Assembly: GCA_013336225.1 (NCBI GenBank)
Contig: JAAXUC010000001.1
Coordinates: 35,949 to 99,948, forward strand
Origin: Candidatus Moraniibacteriota bacterium
Lineage (GTDB): Bacteria; Patescibacteriota; Minisyncoccia; Moranbacterales; GWC2-37-73
Length of the DNA stretch: 64,000 nt
Reading direction: 5' to 3'
This document shows, piece after piece, positions 56,855 through 64,000 of the stretch. The stretch's first letter is position 1, and every line of letters starts with the position of its first letter. Under the pieces are notes generated by a model. The model ran no database searches. It worked only from the letters and a program-made list of their open reading frames with translations, and was not told where the DNA came from. A program made the position numbers and the translations under genes.

Positions 56855-59470
56855 ATGAACATCACTCAAGTGAAACTTAGAAGTGGAGAATTGGCCGATT
56901 TTGATCGGGCAAAAATTGAAAGAGCAATTGAGTTGGCTTGCGATGCAACTGGCGAATTGAACAAGGAATTCATCGTCAAGATGGCGGATGAGATTGTTGC
57001 TGAACTCGTTGTTAGCTGCACCGAAAATGCCGAGATGCACATTCCCAGTGTGGAGAAAATTCAGGACATTACTGAAAAACATTTGATGAAAGATGGTCGC
57101 TATGAAACTGCCAAGGCTTTCATTTTGTATCGCGGAAAACAGAGTGAAAAGCGCGATGAAAAAAAAGAGAAATTGTTGGCACAATTTGAAAAGAATTCCA
57201 TGCAGGTTGTGAAAACAGATGGCAAGAAAGAACTTTTTGATTTGAAAAAGATCAAAGCTGTCTTTGTGCGTGCAGTGGCTGGATATGAGGAATTCTGCAG
57301 CTTTGAAGATTTGGTGGAAGCTTTTAAGAAAAATATTGTTGATGAAATCAAAACTTCTGACATCAACAAATTACTGGTCAAAACCTGCATCGACTTGGTG
57401 AGTGTGGAAAACATTCACTGGCAGGAAGTGGCAGGACGTTTGGCACTTTTCAATTTGTACAAAGAAGCGATTCGAAATCGAAGCCTGAAACATGAAGAGG
57501 TGTATTCTCCGCAGGCGGTGCTGGCTCTTTTTCACGAATATATTGAAAAAGGATTATACGCCAAGGAACTGCGCGAAGCATATACAGATGAGGAAATTTT
57601 GTTGGCTGCCAAAAGCATTGATGGCAAATTGGATTTGTCTTATGGCTACACAACAGTGCTTTCTTTGCATAAGCGCTATCTTTTGAATCCTAATAAGATT
57701 ATCAAAGAATTGCCGCAAGAAATGTATTTTTTTGTGGGCTTGTTTATGGCAATGCCTGAACCGAAAGAAACGAGAGTTGAGATGGCAGTGCAAATGTATT
57801 TGGCTTGCGCTGAGCAAAAGATTTCTTTGGCCACGCCATCGCTGATGAATGCGCGCACAACTTTTCATCAACTTTCCAGCTGTTTCAAATTGAATGTGGA
57901 TGATGATTTGAGAGCAATCTATCATTCCATTGAAAACATCGCGCAGATTTCCAAATTTGGCGGCGGAGTCGGAGTGTATTTGGGAAACATTCGCGCGCGC
58001 GGTTCTTCAATCCGCGGGGTAATGGGCATGAGCGGCGGCGTGAATCCCTGGGTAAAAGTGATCAACGACACAGCCATTGCAGTCAATCAGTTGGGTTCGC
58101 GCTTGGGTGCGATTTCTGTGACGCTGGATGTTTGGCATCATGACATCTATGACTTTTTGGATTTGCAAACTGAAACAGGTGACATTCGCTCCAAAGCTTT
58201 TGACATTTTTCCTGCCATCTCCATCCCAGATCTTTTCATGCAAAGACTGCAAAACAACGAAGACATTTCCTTGTTCGATCCGCATGAAGTCAGCAAGCTC
58301 CATGGGAAATGTTTGCAAGACACTTTCGGTGCAGAGTTTGAAAAGTTCTATGTCATCTTGGAAAAAGATGAAAGAATTCAGATGAAAAAAATTGTGCCAG
58401 CCAAAGAACTTTTCAAAAGATTCTTGAAGGTGGTGGTGGAAACTGGGATGCCATATGTATTTTTCCGCGACACGGTCAATCGTCTGAATCCGAACAAACA
58501 CGCAGGAAACATCTATTCTTCGCAGCTTTGCACGGAAATTTGTCAGAACACTTCTGCTTCAAAATTTGTCGAGGAGACTTTGGAAGACGGAAAAATCTTG
58601 ATCAAATATGAACCAGGAGACACAGTGGTTTGCAATTTGGCTTCAATCAATGTGGCAAAGGTGAACACTAAAAAAGAAATTGACCGCATTTTGCCAATTG
58701 CCATGCGCATGCTCGACAACGTAATCACGCTTAATTATTATCCGATTCAAGAAGCCAAAAGAACAGCAATGCGCTATCGCTCAGTTGGTTTGGGATATCT
58801 TGGCTTGGCGGAATATTTGGCAGTGCAAAAAATTGCTTATGATTCTCAGCAAGCAAGGGAAGTGACGGATGAATTGTTTTCCAAATATGCTTTGGCCACT
58901 TATCGCGCTTCTGTTGATTTGGCCAAGGAGCGCGGAGCATATCCGCTGTACGAAGGAAGTGAATATTCCAAAGGAAAGATTCTTGGCAAAGACGCGCAGT
59001 GGTTTGTGGAAAACACTAAAGACGGGGAGGCTTGGAAAAAACTTTTTGTTGACATGAAAATTTCGGGAGTGCGCTTTGCCTACAACACGGCGCCAGCGCC
59101 AAACACTTCCACGGCGGGCGTGGTGGGAACAACTGCTGCCTTGCTGCCGATTTATAAGAAGTTTTTCGTGGAAACGAATTTATCAGCGCCAACAGTGCGC
59201 GTGGCTCCAAAACTTAGCAAGGAAAACTTTTGGTATTACAAAGAATATATCAACATGGATATGAATGAAGTTATTGATATGATGGCTGTTTTGTATAAAT
59301 GGATTGACCAATCAATTTCTTTTGAATGGATGATTGATCCATCGAAAGTCAGCCCGGCGCAGTTGTATGAATATTATGTTAAATCCTGGTCAAAAGGTAT
59401 TAAAACTGTGTATTATGTGCGAAGTCTTTCTGGGGAAGTGAAGGAGGATTGTGTGAGCTGCTCGGGATGA
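56855..59470 (+). CDS. nrdA: Class Ia ribonucleotide reductase alpha subunit with two ATP-cones
   Basis: Two cone starts (VKLRSG, VVKTDG), LSSCF, SQLCTEI, VCNLASIN, TVYYVR, C-terminal CVSC. Confidence 0.96.
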   Translation: MNITQVKLRSGELADFDRAKIERAIELACDATGELNKEFIVKMADEIVAELVVSCTENAEMHIPSVEKIQDITEKHLMKDGRYETAKAFILYRGKQSEKRDEKKEKLLAQFEKNSMQVVKTDGKKELFDLKKIKAVFVRAVAGYEEFCSFEDLVEAFKKNIVDEIKTSDINKLLVKTCIDLVSVENIHWQEVAGRLALFNLYKEAIRNRSLKHEEVYSPQAVLALFHEYIEKGLYAKELREAYTDEEILLAAKSIDGKLDLSYGYTTVLSLHKRYLLNPNKIIKELPQEMYFFVGLFMAMPEPKETRVEMAVQMYLACAEQKISLATPSLMNARTTFHQLSSCFKLNVDDDLRAIYHSIENIAQISKFGGGVGVYLGNIRARGSSIRGVMGMSGGVNPWVKVINDTAIAVNQLGSRLGAISVTLDVWHHDIYDFLDLQTETGDIRSKAFDIFPAISIPDLFMQRLQNNEDISLFDPHEVSKLHGKCLQDTFGAEFEKFYVILEKDERIQMKKIVPAKELFKRFLKVVVETGMPYVFFRDTVNRLNPNKHAGNIYSSQLCTEICQNTSASKFVEETLEDGKILIKYEPGDTVVCNLASINVAKVNTKKEIDRILPIAMRMLDNVITLNYYPIQEAKRTAMRYRSVGLGYLGLAEYLAVQKIAYDSQQAREVTDELFSKYALATYRASVDLAKERGAYPLYEGSEYSKGKILGKDAQWFVENTKDGEAWKKLFVDMKISGVRFAYNTAPAPNTSTAGVVGTTAALLPIYKKFFVETNLSAPTVRVAPKLSKENFWYYKEYINMDMNEVIDMMAVLYKWIDQSISFEWMIDPSKVSPAQLYEYYVKSWSKGIKTVYYVRSLSGEVKEDCVSCSG

Positions 59471-59501
59471 TTTTTTATTGCGTTTTAAAATGTAGGCGCT
59501 T

Positions 59502-59670
59502 AACTATTTTCCTTTTTGGCACGCTTTTGGATGAAATGCTCAATATCCAAAAGCTCCGATTCAGGAAAGGGGTCGGGAAAACCTGGGTTTTCCCGTGGCG
59601 GAATTATTCAAACCGAGGGGTTTGAAGGAGTGCGAAGCACGACGCATTGGGCCAAAAAGAAAAATAGTTT
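59502..59670. repeat. Structured MITE-like element, family B variant
   Basis: AACTATTTTCCTTTTTGGCACGCT...GCCAAAAAGAAAAATAGTT ends with several internal hairpins. Confidence 0.7.
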
Positions 59671-59764
59671 CGCTTAAATTGTTTAAAGTTAATGTTTGAA
59701 TCTAAGAATATATAAATTAAAAAACTTAATAATATAAATTTTTTTAAGAAATTATTGTTTGAGA

Positions 59765-59844
59765 ACCCGTGTTTTATCTGAAATTTTTTGTCCCTTGCGC
59801 GTTGTCGCGTGTGACCACAAAAAATTTCAGCTATAAAACAGGGG
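59765..59844. repeat. Long hairpin element in the nrdA-nrdB spacer
   Basis: TGTTTTAT CTGAAATTTTTTGT...ACAAAAAATTTCAG..ATAAAACA. Confidence 0.65.
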
Positions 59845-59895
59845 ATTTGAGTTTAATTTCGCAGAAAAAATTTCATATTATTAAGTTTCACGCAT

Positions 59896-60939
59896 ATGAC
59901 AGAAAAAATGAAAATGAATTTGATGTTCAATCCTGAGGGGAATGATGATGTGGCGGCAAGGAAAATCATCAAAGGACAGACCACGGGCTTGTTCAATCTC
60001 AATGCGGTGAAATATCCTTGGGCCAAATCTCTGTATCAAGTGATGATTGGAAATTTTTGGGTGCCAGAAAAAGTTTCAGGACTCAAAGACGATGCGCGCA
60101 TGTTCCACCAGGATCTTTCACCCGAAGAACAGCGAGCATACAAGGGGATTTTGTCGTTTTTGATTTTTTTGGATTCCATTCAAACTGTGAATTTGCCGCA
60201 TCTTTCGGATTATGTCACTTCGCCTGAAGTCAATTTGATTTTGGCGATTCAAGCATATCAAGAAGCGATTCATTCGCAATCCTATGCGACCATTTTGGAA
60301 TCAGTGGTGGAAAGTAAGGAGCGCGACGAGATTTATTATTTCTGGCGCACTGATGAAATCTTGCTCAAACGCAATAAATATATTGGAAATATTTATGAAA
60401 ATTTCATCAAAGATCAAACTGATGAAAATTTCTTTCGCGCCATTGTGGCCAACTTTTTGTTGGAATCAATCTATTTTTACAATGGGTTTGCATTTTTCGA
60501 CACCTTGGTCGACAAGATGAAAATGCTGGCCACCGGCAGAGTGATTGCCTATATTCGTCGCGACGAGCTGACACACATCACTTTGTTTGCCAACATCATT
60601 CGTGAGATTCAGCATGAATATCCCGAAATTTATAATGCGGAAATTATCAAAGAGATGATGAGCGTGGCCGTGGAGCAGGAAATTGAATGGAGCAAGCACA
60701 TTCTGGGAGATCGAATTCCTGGCATGAATGGCGAAACGACCAAGGATTACACTGAATGGTTGGCCAATAATCGTTTGGCAATGCTCAACATGGGACCGCT
60801 ATATCCTGACGCTGTGACCAATCCGTATAAACATTTGGATCGCCTGCAGGACACTAATGGCGACAAGAGCAACTTTTTTGAAAGCACGGTGGTGAATTAC
60901 ACTCAATCCAGCTCAATGAATGGCAGCTGGGATTTCTAG
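59896..60939 (+). CDS. nrdB: Class Ia ribonucleotide reductase beta subunit
   Basis: FWVPE, LDSIQ, EAIHSQSY (radical Tyr), LESIYFY.GF, RDELTH, NFFE..V.NY. Confidence 0.96.
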   Translation: MTEKMKMNLMFNPEGNDDVAARKIIKGQTTGLFNLNAVKYPWAKSLYQVMIGNFWVPEKVSGLKDDARMFHQDLSPEEQRAYKGILSFLIFLDSIQTVNLPHLSDYVTSPEVNLILAIQAYQEAIHSQSYATILESVVESKERDEIYYFWRTDEILLKRNKYIGNIYENFIKDQTDENFFRAIVANFLLESIYFYNGFAFFDTLVDKMKMLATGRVIAYIRRDELTHITLFANIIREIQHEYPEIYNAEIIKEMMSVAVEQEIEWSKHILGDRIPGMNGETTKDYTEWLANNRLAMLNMGPLYPDAVTNPYKHLDRLQDTNGDKSNFFESTVVNYTQSSSMNGSWDF

Positions 60940-61010
60940 CAAGTGCATTGCTGCGTTTTGAGGCTTATGCTACAATAAGAAATGTAATTTTTTAAAAAAT
61001 ATAAAAGTGT

Positions 61011-61538
61011 ATGAATAAAATTTTGCTAGTCCTTTGTGTCGCAGCCGCTGCGGTAGCAGGATATGTGCTTTTGGGGGGAAGTCCAGCAAATGCGCCGGTA
61101 GTGAAAGATGTGGTCACAGAAAAAGCAAAGGAAGTTAGAAAGACAGCTCAATCAGCAGCTGAAAAACCAGCTGCAGCGCAATCAACAACTAATTCAACTA
61201 ACGATAAAAAACCTATGGGATTGGAAATTAAAACAACACAAGAAGGAACAGGGGATCGCGTGATTAAGTCCGGAGATCACATCTCAGTGCATTACACGGG
61301 AAAATTGACCAATGGAACAGTTTTTGATTCCAGCGTGACTCGAGGAGTGCCATTTGATTTCACGATTGGACAAGGGATGGTAATCGCTGGTTGGGAACAA
61401 GGATTTATTGGAGCTAAGGTGGGAGAAAAACGCACCCTAACAATTCCAGCAGAAATGGGATATGGATCTCGCGACATGGGAACAATTCCAGCCAACTCAA
61501 CTCTCATCTTTGATGTTGAAGTAATGGGAATTAAGTAG
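61011..61538 (+). CDS. FKBP-type peptidyl-prolyl isomerase with signal/anchor sequence
   Basis: VHYTGKL.NG.VFDSS, VIAGWEQG, IPANSTLIFDVE. Confidence 0.95.
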   Translation: MNKILLVLCVAAAAVAGYVLLGGSPANAPVVKDVVTEKAKEVRKTAQSAAEKPAAAQSTTNSTNDKKPMGLEIKTTQEGTGDRVIKSGDHISVHYTGKLTNGTVFDSSVTRGVPFDFTIGQGMVIAGWEQGFIGAKVGEKRTLTIPAEMGYGSRDMGTIPANSTLIFDVEVMGIK

Positions 61539-61628
61539 AGAATTATTTCAGTATTTTAAAACAGCCTCTTGCGAGGCTGTTTTTTTTTGGTATGCGAAAT
61601 ACAGTGTTTTGAAAAAAGTGAGTAAAAT

Positions 61629-61815
61629 TTTTTGATTTGCCTGTTTCCTTTTTCGGCACGCTCGCAATTGAGGAACTATTGTTTAGCGGAGTGAGCGAAA
61701 TGAAATAGTAATTTCATTTCCGAACGAGCGACAACAACAAGCTTGCTTATAATTGCTTCGCTAAGACCTCGCTGTCGCTCGCTATTGCCTCAAAAGAAAA
61801 CAGCCAAATCAAAAA
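61629..61815. repeat. Structured MITE-like element, family B (copy 2) with nested insert
   Basis: Same core as 34004-34121 plus about 70 nt inserted in a loop. Confidence 0.8.
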
Positions 61816-61859
61816 GAAATTTTCAAAGCATGTATTTCGTGTGATCAATTTCTGTTTTT

Positions 61860-63065
61860 TTACAAAACTACTTTAATGACATCTTCAATGGTGATGTCGC
61901 CGTTCTTGATTTTCTTGATGGCATCTTCCATGAGAGTTTCGAACCCTGTTTTTCTGGCAACGGCGATGATATCTTCATTGGAGCGTCTTTCGATGATAGC
62001 GGAGCGGATGGAGTCATTGAATTCCAAAATTTCAAAAATACCCATTCTGCCTTTGAAGCCAGTGCCATTACATTCTGTGCAACCAGCACCTTTTTTATAG
62101 GCTATGTTTTCATTTTCAAGTCCCAGGATTTGGATGAAGTCTTGTGGTGGAGTGTGGTCTTGTGAGCAGGCAGGACAGATTTTTTTGACGAGTCTTTGGG
62201 CGATAGCTCCATTTAGAGCATAAGAAAAGAGTCCACGTTCGATCTTCAGATCGATAAGTCTTGAAATTGTTCCAATGGCTGAATTGGCATGGATGGTAGA
62301 AAAAACACTTCGGCCTGAAAGAGCGGCTTCAAGGGCATAGGCTGCGGTTTCTCCATCGCGAATTTCACCGATCATCACGATGTCTGGGTCTTGGCGCAGG
62401 ATTGCCTTCATGCCTTCTGCAAAAGTAAATCCAACAGCTGTTTTGATTTGACTTTGACGAATCAAGTCAAAATTATATTCCACTGGATCTTCCAAGGTGA
62501 TGATATTTTTTTTGTCCTCACTTTTGCTGAGTTCAGAGATGATGGAATACATGGTGGTGGTTTTTCCAGAGCCCACTGGTCCGTTAATGAGAATCATGCC
62601 ATAACTTTTCATGGACAATTTTTTGAGCTTCATGAGACTGTCGGCATCCATGCCCAACTCAGCCATGGAAAGCAGAATCTCTGATTGATTGAGGATTCGG
62701 AGCACAATGGCATCGCCATGAATGGTTGGAAAGATTGAAAGCCTAATGTCCACTTCTTCAAAGGTGCCGTGCGCGTTGCGGTAGTTGGCTGAAAAATGGC
62801 CATCCTCTGGTAGTTCTGAGGTTTGATAGGAAAGATTGGCCATTACTTTCAGGGAATTGGCCACGAGCGGCAATTGATCAAGGGGTAAATCTATTTCAGA
62901 ATCAATGATGTCTCCATTTATGCGAAAACGTATCCTGCCTTTGTCTTTCAAGGCTTCAATATGGATATCTGAAACTCCAGCCAAAAAAGCTTCCTGAATG
63001 ACATAGTTGACGAAATCAGTGGGCGTTGATTCATTTTGAATTTCTTCTTTGTTGAAAATAGACAT
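61860..63065 (-). CDS. GspE/PilB family type IV pilus ATPase
   Basis: SDIHIE, GPVGSGKTTT, EDPVEY, LRQDPD...GEIRD, CxxC...CxxC. Confidence 0.93.
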   Translation of the reverse strand: MSIFNKEEIQNESTPTDFVNYVIQEAFLAGVSDIHIEALKDKGRIRFRINGDIIDSEIDLPLDQLPLVANSLKVMANLSYQTSELPEDGHFSANYRNAHGTFEEVDIRLSIFPTIHGDAIVLRILNQSEILLSMAELGMDADSLMKLKKLSMKSYGMILINGPVGSGKTTTMYSIISELSKSEDKKNIITLEDPVEYNFDLIRQSQIKTAVGFTFAEGMKAILRQDPDIVMIGEIRDGETAAYALEAALSGRSVFSTIHANSAIGTISRLIDLKIERGLFSYALNGAIAQRLVKKICPACSQDHTPPQDFIQILGLENENIAYKKGAGCTECNGTGFKGRMGIFEILEFNDSIRSAIIERRSNEDIIAVARKTGFETLMEDAIKKIKNGDITIEDVIKVVL

Positions 63066-63267
63066 AATAAATGAAGATGAATTATTTATGCCGAAATAAT
63101 AGCATATTTTGTCTAATCTGAAAAGGATAAGGTCGTTGTTTGCATGTCTTGATGAATATGATGAGGGGGACTTTTTTCTTTTTTAAAATCGTGTATAATA
63201 TTTGAGGTGACATATCATGCAAACAAAGAAGCATGTAAAAATTTAAAAAAATAATGCTGAAAAAAAT

Positions 63268-63615
63268 ATGCAAATAATAGATGAAGAAGTTAAGAAGGTG
63301 ATGGAGATTTTTACTATTTTGGAGCTTAAACCTGTTCAGATCAAGGAACACGTGGAAAAATTGAAAAATGCGATATTGATGGACATGGTGGCTGAAGCAT
63401 TTGCAGAAAAAGGACAAATGCTCGAAGACATCAATTTTACTCAAGATGATGTGGAAGATTTCCTGACTGACAATTATGATGAAAGTGAAATTGTGGAAAT
63501 TTTGGAGCGGGTTTCGCGAGATGTGGTGGTGGAATATTTTTCCAAAATTTTGAAAAGTGCCCCAGAAGATAAGATCGCTAAGGTGAATGAAGTTTTGACT
63601 GCAAAATTCGAATAG
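63268..63615 (+). CDS. Hypothetical acidic helical protein
   Basis: 115-aa ORF with typical codon usage. Confidence 0.65.
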   Translation: MQIIDEEVKKVMEIFTILELKPVQIKEHVEKLKNAILMDMVAEAFAEKGQMLEDINFTQDDVEDFLTDNYDESEIVEILERVSRDVVVEYFSKILKSAPEDKIAKVNEVLTAKFE

Positions 63616-64000
63616 GTTATAATTATGCGAAGTAACACATTAAATAAAAATATATGATTCTATATAATAAGAGACAAGTGGCTTTTGCTGAGCCAGAAGA
63701 AGATGAGGATGATGAGGATTGTGGAGACTTCGGTTGCTAATCTTGTCTGAAAATTGGTTCGAAATTCAAAAAAGTTGTTCGCTGAAATTGCGAGCAACTT
63801 TTTTGAATTGCAGGGCAAAGTTCCTGAAAAGTTGTGTTTTGAAGAAAATAGGAGGTATGATGTAGTAAAGGGTATATAGCTTAGGAGTTAAAAATATGAA
63901 AAAAACAGTCAAAAAACAACGAACAGGGTTCTGGTTTTTTTTCAAGCAAATCACGCTGGGCGTTCTTGATGCTGCAATCGTGGTTTTTATTGGTCTAACG

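Noticed and set aside
63644..63740. Acidic mini-ORF ending EDEDDEDCGDFGC
   Set aside because: No convincing start codon or RBS in frame.
1..64000. Alternative genetic code 25 (TGA=Gly)
   Set aside because: Conserved genes such as ruvC and nrdA end at TGA at the expected length, and no genes are broken by internal TGA.

Overview
AT-rich bacterial chromosome segment in the standard code (TGA is a stop). Gene content, SD-less core genes and PilX/PsbP-like surface proteins suggest a Patescibacteria/CPR (Parcubacteria-like) genome; this is inference. Core genes include yebC, ruvC, ruvA, PBP1A, femX-like, murE, lemA, htpX, pyk, dnaG, rpoD, rsgA, valS, tsaD, nrdAB and a PilB/GspE ATPase. There are eight tRNA genes and many solitary accessory genes. 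I found no CRISPR array, transposase, integrase or reverse transcriptase. The most striking content is non-coding. (1) Four tRNAs (Arg-TCG, Lys-CTT, Glu-TTC, Gly-TCC) are followed by a hairpin, an antisense copy of their own T-arm/acceptor 3' end and a shared structured core; in most a second sense copy of the 3' end follows. (2) tRNA-Ser(GGA) is nested in the anticodon position of a second, interrupted tRNA-Ser. (3) 7-bp-periodic elements lie between genes and in-frame inside tsaD, femX and murE. (4) Several modular palindromic elements nest inside each other. There is also a 7TM/ATP-grasp/protease/GT4/DUF3541-like operon, and a class of orphan cassettes with promoter, boxA-like leader and AGGAGG. 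All calls come from reading motifs by eye; no database search or folding was run.
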